DNA of 64,000 nt from an uncultured Chloroflexota bacterium (GTDB lineage Bacteria; Chloroflexota; UBA11872; VXNJ01): NCBI GenBank assembly GCA_913043205.1, contig CAJWLF010000002.1, positions 109,206 through 173,205 on the forward strand. The letters run 5' to 3'. The notes under the pieces are model-generated. The model worked only from the letters and a program-made list of their open reading frames with translations. It was not told where the DNA came from and made no database searches. A program made the translations under genes and the position numbers. Below, piece after piece: positions 1 through 9,825 of this stretch (within the stretch, counting starts at the first letter, position 1; each line of letters starts with the position of its first letter).

Positions 1-1
1 T

Positions 2-274
2 ATGGTGCCCATCAACAACGATGTGGTCGTTGTTGATGGCAGAACAAGAGTCAGCGAGCTAAATCAGCACCTAAATATAAACCTAGAGGTAGCTGACGCC
101 GATACCGTGGGAGGGGCAGTGTTTGTAACTTTGGGACATGTTCCCGCAGTAGGAGAAAGCTTAGAAATAGATAATATTCACATAGAGGTGTTGCGGATCG
201 AAAACACAAGGATCAGAAGACTGAAAATCAGCAGGAACCTATCGGAAACTGTAGAGCATAAATCCGGTGAATAA
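2..274 (+). CDS. CorC/HlyC-type transporter-associated domain protein (hemolysin/CNNM family), C-terminal fragment; 5' end lies outside the window
   Basis: The last ~80 aa match the CorC_HlyC domain pattern (VVVDGRT..ELN..L..NL....DTVGG.V...LGHVP..GE...ID...IEVL....RI..L). The ORF runs off the window start. Confidence 0.7.
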   Translation: MVPINNDVVVVDGRTRVSELNQHLNINLEVADADTVGGAVFVTLGHVPAVGESLEIDNIHIEVLRIENTRIRRLKISRNLSETVEHKSGE

Positions 275-409
275 CATTAGGCGCTACATACCCTCCATGG
301 AAAATCCATGGACGATACAAACTTACCTGTTTCATCCTGTTAGTGGGTGCGTGTTAAACATAATTGATAAGATGACGCTCACAGGAATGATCAGAGCAAT
401 TCGCACAAA

Positions 410-1180
410 ATGAATTTAAATAAATCCACCGCATACCGCACGAAATCCGTGGTCCTGAGACGGCGAGACTTGGGCGAAGCAGATCGGATCATCACTCTAT
501 TCACCAGAGAGCATGGAAAACGCTCGGCAGTTGCGCGAGGCGTCAGAAAACCCGGCAGTAGGCTTGCCGGACATGTCGAGTTGTTCACAGTCATTGACGC
601 CTACTTGATTGTAGGCTCAAACCTGGACGTTCTAACACAGGCTTCCTCTATCAACATTTTCCCTAAACTAGCCGAAGATCTAAGGCATTTTGCACAAGCC
701 TCATGGGCTTCTGAAATCATAGATAAATTAATTCCGGATTCACATCCCGATTCATTCTTGTTTGATCTGCTGGTCAAATTCCTGGAGCTTGCAACTAACT
801 CGGGAGACATAATACATTTACATCACTTCGAATTACTGGCTCTGCAAAAATCAGGATACCAACCACAGTTAGACGCATGTGCGGTGTGCGGAGAACATCT
901 TGATCCGTCCAGTATCAGATTTTCAGCGCATAACGGTGGCACTATGTGTCCAAGCTGCCCAAGTAATTTGCAGACCCATAAATTGTCGACAGCCAGCGTC
1001 AAAACTATGCGCTGGCTCCTGGCACATCCATTGGGACAAGCTTCCATTTTGAAAATTAACAACCAGCTCATAGGAGAATTGGCATACACTACTAGAGTTT
1101 GTCTGGAGAATGCGATCGAGGACCCGTTACGCTCCGGAGAGTTATTTAGTCCGTCTCCCGATTCCCTCGTGGCGCATTAA
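410..1180 (+). CDS. recO: DNA repair protein RecO
   Basis: N-terminal OB-fold pattern (VVLRRRDLGEADRIITLFTREHGK..AVARG) and C-terminal Cys4 zinc finger (CAVCGEH...CPSC). The ~256 aa length is typical. Confidence 0.85.
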   Translation: MNLNKSTAYRTKSVVLRRRDLGEADRIITLFTREHGKRSAVARGVRKPGSRLAGHVELFTVIDAYLIVGSNLDVLTQASSINIFPKLAEDLRHFAQASWASEIIDKLIPDSHPDSFLFDLLVKFLELATNSGDIIHLHHFELLALQKSGYQPQLDACAVCGEHLDPSSIRFSAHNGGTMCPSCPSNLQTHKLSTASVKTMRWLLAHPLGQASILKINNQLIGELAYTTRVCLENAIEDPLRSGELFSPSPDSLVAH

Positions 1181-1222
1181 TTGCGACATAATAGGGTGGC
1201 ACAAAATTCGCACAGAGGTTGA

Positions 1223-2557
1223 ATGTCCATAAATCTTGACTCCCTAGACAAGTTAGTATCGCTCGCTAAACGGCGAGGGTACGTGTTTCCTAGTTCAGAA
1301 ATTTACGGGGGCTTTGCAAGCACTTGGGATTACGGCCCACTAGGAGCAGAGTTAATTCGAAACATTAAAGAAGCCTGGTGGCGAGATATAGTGGTAGCTA
1401 GAGACGATGTTGTTGGCCTCAATGCATCGATATTAATGGCGCCTAAAGTATGGGAAGCATCAGGCCATGTAGAACATTTTTCTGATCCGCTCGTCGAGTG
1501 TAAAGAATGCAGAAGAAGATTCCGTGATGACGATTTTGCGGGCAACACATGCCCAAAATGCAATGGTGATTTGGGAGACATTCGTCAATTTAACACTATG
1601 TTCAAAACATTTGTTGGGCCCGTTGAGCAACAAGCAGCCACCGCATATTTGCGACCAGAAACGGCGCAGTCCATTTTCGTCAACTTCCGAAATGTGCAAC
1701 AGTCTGCACGGATGAAACTACCATTCGGAATAGCTCAAACCGGAAAAGCTTTTCGTAACGAAATCACTACTGGCAATTTCCTATTTAGAACTCGGGAATT
1801 TGAGCAGATGGAACTCGAATATTTCGTTCCTCCTCACGAAGATGAAGCCTCTTTTGAATTTTGGATCACACGTCGTAAGGCTTGGTATGAGAAATACGGC
1901 ATAGACGCTCAGAATCTGCGCGTCCGAAAACATGCAACAGAAGAACTTGCTCATTACTCTCTCGGCACTAGCGACATAGAATACCGATTTCCATTTGGAT
2001 GGAGTGAGATAGAAGGGATAGCAAGACGTGGCTCCTATGATCTACAACAACACATCGATGCTGGAGCAAAAGATTTGACTTATTTTGACAATGATTCAGG
2101 TCAGCACATAGTTCCATGGGTTGTCGAACCGTCCGCAGGTGTGGATCGTGCAGCCTTATCATTTCTATGCGAGGCTTACCGCGAAGAAAAAGTGCCGAAT
2201 TCCAAAGGTAAGGAAGAAATCCGCACAGTCCTACGTCTCGATCCTCGATTAGCTCCGATTAAAGTTGCATATTTCCCATTGGTAAAAAAGCCCCCATTAC
2301 AAGAACTAGCTCATAAGCTTCAAGATCAAGCCCGATTTACTTGGAATACATTTTATGACGAGACCGGGGCAATAGGGAGACGATATCGCCGGCAAGATGA
2401 AGCAGGCACTCCATTCTGTGTTACGGTCGATTACGAATCTCTGGACGACAATGCCGTGACAATAAGAGACAGGGACAATCTTAAACAAGAACGGATCCCA
2501 GTAACCGATGTTATTGCGTATCTAAACAGTCGATTACACTGGAGCAAGGGACAATAA
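1223..2557 (+). CDS. glyQS: glycine--tRNA ligase (dimeric class II form)
   Basis: Strong match to alpha2-type GlyRS (RRGYVFPSSEIYGGFASTWDYGPLG; class II motifs FRNEITTGNFLFRTREFEQMELEYF; C-terminal anticodon-binding domain). 444 aa. Confidence 0.9.
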   Translation: MSINLDSLDKLVSLAKRRGYVFPSSEIYGGFASTWDYGPLGAELIRNIKEAWWRDIVVARDDVVGLNASILMAPKVWEASGHVEHFSDPLVECKECRRRFRDDDFAGNTCPKCNGDLGDIRQFNTMFKTFVGPVEQQAATAYLRPETAQSIFVNFRNVQQSARMKLPFGIAQTGKAFRNEITTGNFLFRTREFEQMELEYFVPPHEDEASFEFWITRRKAWYEKYGIDAQNLRVRKHATEELAHYSLGTSDIEYRFPFGWSEIEGIARRGSYDLQQHIDAGAKDLTYFDNDSGQHIVPWVVEPSAGVDRAALSFLCEAYREEKVPNSKGKEEIRTVLRLDPRLAPIKVAYFPLVKKPPLQELAHKLQDQARFTWNTFYDETGAIGRRYRRQDEAGTPFCVTVDYESLDDNAVTIRDRDNLKQERIPVTDVIAYLNSRLHWSKGQ

Positions 2558-2681
2558 CCCCAAGCTTCTGCCACAGCTCAAACTAATCAATAACCGCTAG
2601 CAACTATTTGCGTTCATTTTCCCTAGAGGCTCACTTTATGAGATCCTATTATCCAAACGTCAAAGATTTCGCACTTCAATC

Positions 2682-3896
2682 TTGGGGGAATATATGGCCG
2701 AAGAAACTGGATTCTCTACTATGGGCCGTGTACTTGGTGATGGTAGCTCCGCACCAAATATAGGCATAGGAATGCTAGGGTACGCATTCATGGGAAAGGC
2801 ACATTCGAATGCCTACAAGACAATCCCATACATGATGTACCCTCCACCAGCACACCCCGTCCTAGAACGCATAGCTGGTCGTAATGAAGAGGGAGTGAGA
2901 GCAGCAGCTGACAGGTTTGGCTTTCGTAACTATGCCACTGATTGGCGAGACGTCGTTAATGACCCAAATGTTCAGATATTAGACAATGGGGGACCAAACA
3001 GTATTCACCTAGAGCCTACACTGGCTGCCATCGAGCTAGGCAAACATGTCGTATGCGAAAAGCCATTAGGCAGAAACCCGGCAGAATCAAGACGTATGTG
3101 GCAGGCGGCAGAAAATGCTGGTGTAAAACATATGACCGCGTTCAATTACCGATTTGTACCAGCGATAGTTTTGGCCCGAAAGTTAATCAATGATGGAGCA
3201 ATAGGAGAAATCCGTCATTTTCGCGGCCAATATTCCCAAGAATGGTTGGTCGATTCCAACACCCCTCGACTTTGGAGAATGGATAAGGAATCTGCTGGAA
3301 GCGGTGCCTTGGGAGATCTTGGTGCCCACACTATTGATCTAGCGAGATTTCTTGTGGGGGAGCCGGTAGCCGTAAATGGTCGTATGTCAACGTTTGTATC
3401 GGAACGGCCAAACCCAGATGATGCATCGAAAATGGAGCCTGTCACCGTAGACGACGCCTATGCAGCCTTAGTGGAATTCGACACCGGCATTATCGGAACA
3501 ATTGAGGCTACCCGGTACGCCAATGGGCGTAAAAATGGCAATGCTTTCGAAATAAATGGCTCTAAAGGATCACTGGCATTCAATATAGAAAACCTTAACG
3601 AATTGCAGGTTTATATACTCGATTCCGAACCTCGTGAAGCCAATGGTTTTCGTTCGGTGTCTGTGACAGAGCAATATCACCCTTACTGGGACAACTGGTG
3701 GCCGCAAGGGCATATCATTGGATGGGAACATACCTTTGTACACGAGCTGTATCATTTCCTAGATTGCGTAACAAACGACAAACCAGTAGGACCTTGGGGA
3801 GCAACGTTTGAGGACGGGTACAAAGCTGACGTGGTAGCCGCCGCAATAGCAGCCTCAGCGGAGAACAATGGGGCAAGAGTAGAAGTCAAATACTAA
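2682..3896 (+). CDS. Gfo/Idh/MocA family oxidoreductase
   Basis: N-terminal Rossmann fold (IGIGMLGYAFMGKAH), the characteristic EKP motif (VVCEKPLG) and a C-terminal GFO_IDH_MocA_C-like region. Confidence 0.85.
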   Translation: MGEYMAEETGFSTMGRVLGDGSSAPNIGIGMLGYAFMGKAHSNAYKTIPYMMYPPPAHPVLERIAGRNEEGVRAAADRFGFRNYATDWRDVVNDPNVQILDNGGPNSIHLEPTLAAIELGKHVVCEKPLGRNPAESRRMWQAAENAGVKHMTAFNYRFVPAIVLARKLINDGAIGEIRHFRGQYSQEWLVDSNTPRLWRMDKESAGSGALGDLGAHTIDLARFLVGEPVAVNGRMSTFVSERPNPDDASKMEPVTVDDAYAALVEFDTGIIGTIEATRYANGRKNGNAFEINGSKGSLAFNIENLNELQVYILDSEPREANGFRSVSVTEQYHPYWDNWWPQGHIIGWEHTFVHELYHFLDCVTNDKPVGPWGATFEDGYKADVVAAAIAASAENNGARVEVKY

Positions 3897-3938
3897 CATT
3901 TTCAGAATTCGAGTAAGTTTTTTAAGGAGTTTAATTAG

Positions 3939-4910
3939 ATGAAAATAGGCGTGTTTAGTGTGTTGATGAGCGATCAACCTCTCGAAAGTGTGTGTCGTTA
4001 TCTCGCCAGCCTTGGGGTCGACACAATCGAACTAGGCTGTGGCGGATATCCTGGAAATGCTCACTGCAATGCAGCCGAACTTCTTCAGAACCCGAGCAAG
4101 ATCGATGAATTGTCAGCGATGCTCCAAGAAAACAATTTGGAGCTGTCCGCCCTTAGCATGCACGGCAATCCTATACATCCAAACAAAGAAATCGCTCAGC
4201 AACATGCTAAAGACCAAGAAAATGCAATCCTGCTAGCCGAAAAACTTGGAGTGGATACAATAATCACTTTTTCAGGATGCCCTGGAGATCAGCCAGGTGC
4301 TAGGCACCCTAACTGGGTAACTTGTGCTTGGCCGCCAGATTACCCGGACATACTAGATTACCAGTGGAATCAGGTCCTCATTCCTTTCTGGAAAGATGCG
4401 GCAAGCTTCGCACGCGATCATGGCGTAAACAAGATCGCGCTCGAGATGCACCCTGGCTTTTGTGTCTACAACATAGACACATTATTACAGCTACGAGATG
4501 CTGTAGGGCCCGAGATAGGGGCCAACTTCGATCCCAGTCACCTATGGTGGCAAGGGATGGATATGCCAACCGCAATTAGAACTGTAGGAAAAGCCGGTGC
4601 GATGCACCATTTTCATGCTAAAGACACAAAAGTCGATCCCCAGAACACTAACCGCACTGGCGTGCTGGACACTAAACCATACACCGATGAAATAGGAAGA
4701 AGTTGGGTATTTAGATCTATCGGTTATGGACATGGACTTGATGACTGGAAAGAAATGGTCAGCGAATTGAGATTAATCGGATACGATGGAACGCTGAGTA
4801 TCGAACACGAAGACAGCCTGATGTCAGCAAATGAGGGGCTGGAAAAAGGCATCGAGTTGCTAAAGCAAGTAGTAATTAAAGAAGCTGCCGGTGAGGCATA
4901 TTGGGCATAA
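3939..4910 (+). CDS. sugar phosphate isomerase/epimerase (xylose isomerase-like TIM barrel)
   Basis: AP_endonuc_2/xylose isomerase-like TIM barrel signatures (LEMHPG..., IEHED...). Sits between Gfo/Idh/MocA genes. Confidence 0.8.
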   Translation: MKIGVFSVLMSDQPLESVCRYLASLGVDTIELGCGGYPGNAHCNAAELLQNPSKIDELSAMLQENNLELSALSMHGNPIHPNKEIAQQHAKDQENAILLAEKLGVDTIITFSGCPGDQPGARHPNWVTCAWPPDYPDILDYQWNQVLIPFWKDAASFARDHGVNKIALEMHPGFCVYNIDTLLQLRDAVGPEIGANFDPSHLWWQGMDMPTAIRTVGKAGAMHHFHAKDTKVDPQNTNRTGVLDTKPYTDEIGRSWVFRSIGYGHGLDDWKEMVSELRLIGYDGTLSIEHEDSLMSANEGLEKGIELLKQVVIKEAAGEAYWA

Positions 4911-4959
4911 CATCGGATTAATTTCCTTTTAACAGCATGAGATAAGAAAGGGCATACAC

Positions 4960-5814
4960 ATGGCTAATTTCCGACTATCTTGCCACCAGATCACATGGGG
5001 TAGAGAGTTAGACAAGGCACTTGAAGATATAAGTCACTATGGATACCGAGGCACAGAAACTTTTGCCACTGTGGTGGACGATTTTGCTGGCCGTGAAGAC
5101 GAGTTGAGACATAAATTCAAATCCCATAACCTGCAACTCACCGCCCTATATGGCGGGGGTGACATGCATATTGCTGGTAAAGAGCAAGAGATAATTGACT
5201 GGAATATCAAAATAGCGAAATTTATACAATCAATGGGGGCAGACAGACTGGTGCTCGGTCCTGGCAGACCAAGACCTGAGGGTGGGCCCACAAAGCAGCA
5301 TATAAAAACCATGGCCGCAGTTGCTACTGAAATCGCATCTGCAAGCTTAGATTACGGAGTAATTACTGGAATCCATCCTCATTGGAATACACCAGTTCAA
5401 GAGCGAGACGAAATTAGTAGTATTTTTGACGCAGTAGACACAGATCTCGTAAAAATGGTTTTGGATCCTGCTCATATAGCTAAAGCCAACGCCGACCCTG
5501 TAGAGGTATGTGAAACGTATGGCGACATCATCACTTATGTACACATCAAAGACTATTCGCCCGATTTAGACACTGAAGAAGCCAACACTCCCGACATACA
5601 AGGAAACGCTCCGTCCCTAGCATTTTTTAGCGAATTGGGTGAAGGTATCGTTGACACACCAGGGTTTGTGAATCAACTCAGAAAGAACAACTATGATGGT
5701 TGGTTGACTATTGAGCTTGATCGAACTCAAACTTCACCACGTCAAAGCTTAGAGAACAACACACGATACCTAACAGATGTGATGAAGTTTGATATAAGTG
5801 GTGACAACGCGTAG
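4960..5814 (+). CDS. sugar phosphate isomerase/epimerase (xylose isomerase-like TIM barrel)
   Basis: TIM-barrel sugar isomerase-like pattern (GYRGTETF, VLGPG, DPAH, TIELD). Second paralog in the cluster. Confidence 0.75.
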   Translation: MANFRLSCHQITWGRELDKALEDISHYGYRGTETFATVVDDFAGREDELRHKFKSHNLQLTALYGGGDMHIAGKEQEIIDWNIKIAKFIQSMGADRLVLGPGRPRPEGGPTKQHIKTMAAVATEIASASLDYGVITGIHPHWNTPVQERDEISSIFDAVDTDLVKMVLDPAHIAKANADPVEVCETYGDIITYVHIKDYSPDLDTEEANTPDIQGNAPSLAFFSELGEGIVDTPGFVNQLRKNNYDGWLTIELDRTQTSPRQSLENNTRYLTDVMKFDISGDNA

Positions 5815-5845
5815 ACCGACTATAACCAAGGAAAGGTTCTGATTC

Positions 5846-6850
5846 ATGATTAACGTTGGAATTGTGGGGTGCGGTCGAATAATAGAAGACGGTCATGCGC
5901 CCGCTTTTCTTGAGTTAAAAGATCGATTCAATGTTACGGCTTTGGCCGACCCAACTCCCGAACGGCGAAGTGTGATCGGTTCTATGCTAAACATACCAAT
6001 AGATCGTCAATTTGCTGACTGGAATGATCTCCTGAAATTAGACGACATTGAGCTGGTCGACATGGCATTACCACATTTTTTGCACCTGGAATCCGCAGTG
6101 GCCGCGGCAAGATCCGGAAAAAAGATATTGATGGAAAAGCCAATGGCAACGAGTATGGACGAGGCAGACCAAATAATGGCTGCCATTCGGGAAAATAATT
6201 CTATAGCCTGCATTGCTCACAACTATCTCTTTCGTCACCCCACAATCAAAGCATTAGAGTTGATCAAAGCAGGAGCAATTGGAGAGCCATTCTTTTACCG
6301 ACAGGGAGCTTTTATGCCTAGGCATTATGCCGGCACATCTACCTACGACTCTGGCTGGAGATCTAAATCAAAAATGGCAGGGGGCGGAGCCTTGATCGAC
6401 AATTCATACCATCATCTATACATGGCAGCGGCTCTAATCGGATCGCCAATATCTAGCATTTTCACGAATATGGGAACCTTCGTTCATAACATCGATGTGG
6501 AAGACACGGTAATAATGTCTTTAACGCACGCTAACGGGCGCATGTCCGCTATTGAGACAGGATGGAGTACTGGGGCAGCACACCCAGTAGACGAACTGCA
6601 TGGTACAGAGGGGTCTATTGTTTTCAATAGAGAGCCCCCATACCTTCAATTACATCACAACGATACGTGTATAGAGATAGAAATCACCCCAGGATTTACT
6701 TGGGGATTTAAAAACTTGTTTGAGGCTTACGCCGATACCATAGAGCAAGAACTACCTCCGCCGGTCAGTTTTGATGACGGTTACAGCAATCTAAAAGTAG
6801 TCATGTCAGCATACAAGTCAGGACATAACAGTATTGCAGTCAATATTTAA
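5846..6850 (+). CDS. Gfo/Idh/MocA family oxidoreductase
   Basis: GxGxxG-like Rossmann start (VGIVGCGRI), EKP motif (LMEKPMA) and a C-terminal alpha/beta domain. Confidence 0.85.
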   Translation: MINVGIVGCGRIIEDGHAPAFLELKDRFNVTALADPTPERRSVIGSMLNIPIDRQFADWNDLLKLDDIELVDMALPHFLHLESAVAAARSGKKILMEKPMATSMDEADQIMAAIRENNSIACIAHNYLFRHPTIKALELIKAGAIGEPFFYRQGAFMPRHYAGTSTYDSGWRSKSKMAGGGALIDNSYHHLYMAAALIGSPISSIFTNMGTFVHNIDVEDTVIMSLTHANGRMSAIETGWSTGAAHPVDELHGTEGSIVFNREPPYLQLHHNDTCIEIEITPGFTWGFKNLFEAYADTIEQELPPPVSFDDGYSNLKVVMSAYKSGHNSIAVNI

Positions 6851-6855
6851 TTTAT

Positions 6856-6877
6856 TGGGTAAACAAAACCCTACCCA
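6856..6877. terminator. candidate bidirectional stem-loop between convergent genes (TGGGTA-10 nt-TACCCA)
   Basis: A 6-bp perfect inverted repeat lies between the stop of the + strand oxidoreductase and the stop of uvrC (-), with A/T-rich flanks. It overlaps both stop codons and has no strong U-tract. Confidence 0.25.
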
Positions 6878-8811
6878 TCAATAATGCTTTTGATTTGATT
6901 GGCCAGTTCAAGGCTGATTCCCTTGACTGCAGCGATATCTTTAACATCCGCTTCTCGAATCTTGTGTACACTACCGAAGTGACGTATCAAAGAACGTTTT
7001 CTTTTGGGTCCAACACCAGGAATATCATCCAAAATAGAGCGACGCCCCGACTTAGTACGCAAGTGTGTGTGGAAACTGATGGCAAATCGGTGCGCCTCGT
7101 CTCGGATGCGCTGGAGAAGATGTAAGCCAGACGAATTGCTTGCAAATACGATCGGCTTCGAATCTTTAGGAACGAATAATTGTTCTTCTCTCTTGGCAAT
7201 CGCCGCTATCGGCAGAAACTCCAACCCTTGATCATTCATAGCGTCTACAGCAGAACTTAACTGTCCTTTACCTCCATCTATCAAAATCAAATCTGGCAAC
7301 ACGGCCCAGGATGAAATAGCACATTCGGGTTGACCCGAAAAATCTGGCAGTGGCACTATCGGATCAAACCCATCAAGTCGTACATTAGATACGCCGGCGT
7401 AGTCCGAATCAAATCCTTCAGGACCAATTCTTCTCGGTATTTGAGCACGCTTAAATCGTCGATTAATCATTTCCCTGATAGATGCATAATCATCATTTCC
7501 TGATGAATTCCGGATTTTAAACCGTCTGTATTTGTTCTTTATCGCAAGGCCGTCTTCAAACACCACCATCGCACCTACTGTAGAAGCACCTTGATTATGG
7601 GAAACGTCATAACACTCTATACGTCTAGGGAGCCTCTCTAAATGCAATCCTTCCCCTACTTGCCTAAGGGCTTCTCTCAGTCGTCTTGATGAACTAAGCA
7701 GGGCCGCTCTCTCCAGGCCGAGCGCTTTCTGAGCATTCTTATCGGCCATGGACACCAGCTTTTTCTGAACGCCGCGCTTGGGCACCTGCAACTCTACTTT
7801 TCCTCCTCGCAATGTACTTAACATAGAAATTACTACTTCCTTATCCGGCACCTCCGCGGGCAAAAGTATTTTCTTCGGCACATCCATTGCTCGCCCATAA
7901 TATTCGCGCACAAACTCGCCTGTTAATTCTTCCTTAGTCTCTTGCCCAGTAGCCGCAAGACGGTAGGCGTGACCTCCTATCATTTTCCCATCGCGTATGG
8001 TCAATACGTGACCGATAGTCTCTCTTCCTTCAACTGCCAACCCTAGTACATCCTGGTCACCACGACGCGGATCTACAATCTTTTGTTCCGTCATGATCTT
8101 GCGGACTGCGTTTATTCGATCACGATTAGTAGCTGCGGCTTCAAAGCGCAAATCACTGGCGTCCTGTTTCATTTGTTGCTCTAATTTAGACAATACCGCC
8201 TCATGACGGCCCTCAAGAAACGCAATGGTATCCTGAATAACATCCTGATAGTCAGCTGGCCCAACCACTCGAATGCAGGGGCCGTTGCAAAGATTAATAT
8301 CATACTTTAGGCAAGGTCTTTCCCATACACGATCCATATCTAGAGCACAGGTTCGAAAAGGGAAAAGCTTATTTAACAATTTGATGATGTGTCTTACGGA
8401 ACGAGCACTCGTGTATGGACCAAAATATCGAGACCCATCACGCGTAGCCACCCTAGTGGTCAAAACTCTAGGATAGGATTCCTGCACTGTCACCTTAATG
8501 TACAGGTACTGCTTGTCATCCCTAAAAACCACGTTGTACCGAGGCTTGTACCGCTTAATCAGATTGCTCTCAAGAACTAGGGCTTCGACCTCGGTATCTG
8601 TCACAACAACATCAAAATCAGCTACATTATGTACAAGTGCCCGCGTCTTAATTGAAAAACCACGTTGGCTGCCAAAATATGATTTAACGCGATTACGAAG
8701 AGATATGGCTTTCCCTATGTATAGAATCTTTCCCTTCACATCTTTAAGCTGGTACACGCCGGGATCCGTTGGCATCACAGCCAACTTGGCCCTAACTGCG
8801 TCTGGATCCAT
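6871..8811 (-). CDS. uvrC: excinuclease ABC subunit C
   Basis: N-terminal GIY-YIG domain (PGVYQLKDVKGKILYIGKA), UvrBC-interaction region, RNase H-like endonuclease domain and C-terminal (HhH)2. 646 aa. Confidence 0.95.
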   Translation of the reverse strand: MDPDAVRAKLAVMPTDPGVYQLKDVKGKILYIGKAISLRNRVKSYFGSQRGFSIKTRALVHNVADFDVVVTDTEVEALVLESNLIKRYKPRYNVVFRDDKQYLYIKVTVQESYPRVLTTRVATRDGSRYFGPYTSARSVRHIIKLLNKLFPFRTCALDMDRVWERPCLKYDINLCNGPCIRVVGPADYQDVIQDTIAFLEGRHEAVLSKLEQQMKQDASDLRFEAAATNRDRINAVRKIMTEQKIVDPRRGDQDVLGLAVEGRETIGHVLTIRDGKMIGGHAYRLAATGQETKEELTGEFVREYYGRAMDVPKKILLPAEVPDKEVVISMLSTLRGGKVELQVPKRGVQKKLVSMADKNAQKALGLERAALLSSSRRLREALRQVGEGLHLERLPRRIECYDVSHNQGASTVGAMVVFEDGLAIKNKYRRFKIRNSSGNDDYASIREMINRRFKRAQIPRRIGPEGFDSDYAGVSNVRLDGFDPIVPLPDFSGQPECAISSWAVLPDLILIDGGKGQLSSAVDAMNDQGLEFLPIAAIAKREEQLFVPKDSKPIVFASNSSGLHLLQRIRDEAHRFAISFHTHLRTKSGRRSILDDIPGVGPKRKRSLIRHFGSVHKIREADVKDIAAVKGISLELANQIKSIIDG

Positions 8812-8814
8812 TTT

Positions 8815-9759
8815 TTGTTCTCAATACCATACGGCATTCCCTCAACAAGACAATCGGTGATTATGTCAGGTTCAGATAAAAGATTAGCCCGTATGACTCA
8901 ATTATGGCCAACTATTGATTTCGAAGATTTTTTCAATCGCAAAGTAAAAACCCAGGGTTATTACAACCCTGGGTTCGACACGTGGCAGATGCTTCAGTGC
9001 ACTTCGGATGGGTGGAGGAAAGAAACTGAATCAGTTGCCAATAACAGGATGCTATTAAGTATTCACCATCCCTACGTCGTTCCTTGGAAAAGTCTAGGCC
9101 GTGACCAATCCAGTAATTTTCTAGACCCAAACCAAGCTGCAAGGTCGACTTCTCTTCAGTGGCTAACCGACTCAGTGTCACGAGCAAAAGAGCAAAATGC
9201 ACAATTTGTGCTAACTCATTTAACTCATGGGTCAGGTAAACCTACTCCCGAACAAGCAGAAAACTTGGCATCCAGGTCCGTAGAGTCCATAGCGCGAATA
9301 TCTGAATCGTTCAATATGCCGATACATATCGAGTATTTAGGCTACCACCCATCATTCCACTTGCCTGAAAAGTTTATATCAGCTCTGGAGGACTATCCTA
9401 ATCTAGGACTATGCTTGGATACAGGTCATCTGAACAGATGGGCTCAAATCCACAATATGGATCCCTATCAAGCAGCAAGTAAACTATCTCCCTTGATCGA
9501 ATCCGTCCATTTATGGAATACCAGCTCAAATCTGGAATATCGACATTACGGCCATGTTCCTGTTCACAATTCAATAGATGGAGTAAATGGTTACATAAGT
9601 GTTGAGCGGATATTGCAGACTATTGCCCCAGCAAAGCACCCTATCACCATTATTTTTGAACCTTCAATTCACAGCAAAGTTGAAGAGGCTTTTATTACTG
9701 AAGGAATGCTCTGGATTAAACATTTATGGACCAATTTACAAGACCATGCAAATGATTGA
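8815..9759 (+). CDS. xylose isomerase-like TIM barrel protein (sugar phosphate isomerase/epimerase family); true start probably the ATG at 8863
   Basis: GLCLDTGH motif and other AP_endonuc_2-like TIM barrel features. The ORF-track start at 8815 is a TTG only 4 bp from the divergent uvrC start, so an internal ATG (MSGSDK...) is more plausible. Confidence 0.65.
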   Translation: MFSIPYGIPSTRQSVIMSGSDKRLARMTQLWPTIDFEDFFNRKVKTQGYYNPGFDTWQMLQCTSDGWRKETESVANNRMLLSIHHPYVVPWKSLGRDQSSNFLDPNQAARSTSLQWLTDSVSRAKEQNAQFVLTHLTHGSGKPTPEQAENLASRSVESIARISESFNMPIHIEYLGYHPSFHLPEKFISALEDYPNLGLCLDTGHLNRWAQIHNMDPYQAASKLSPLIESVHLWNTSSNLEYRHYGHVPVHNSIDGVNGYISVERILQTIAPAKHPITIIFEPSIHSKVEEAFITEGMLWIKHLWTNLQDHAND

Positions 9760-9825
9760 TCTATGGTATTTTGGATACCTAACCCAAGCTAACATCATCC
9801 AAGACACACTAATCAGGCAGACAAA

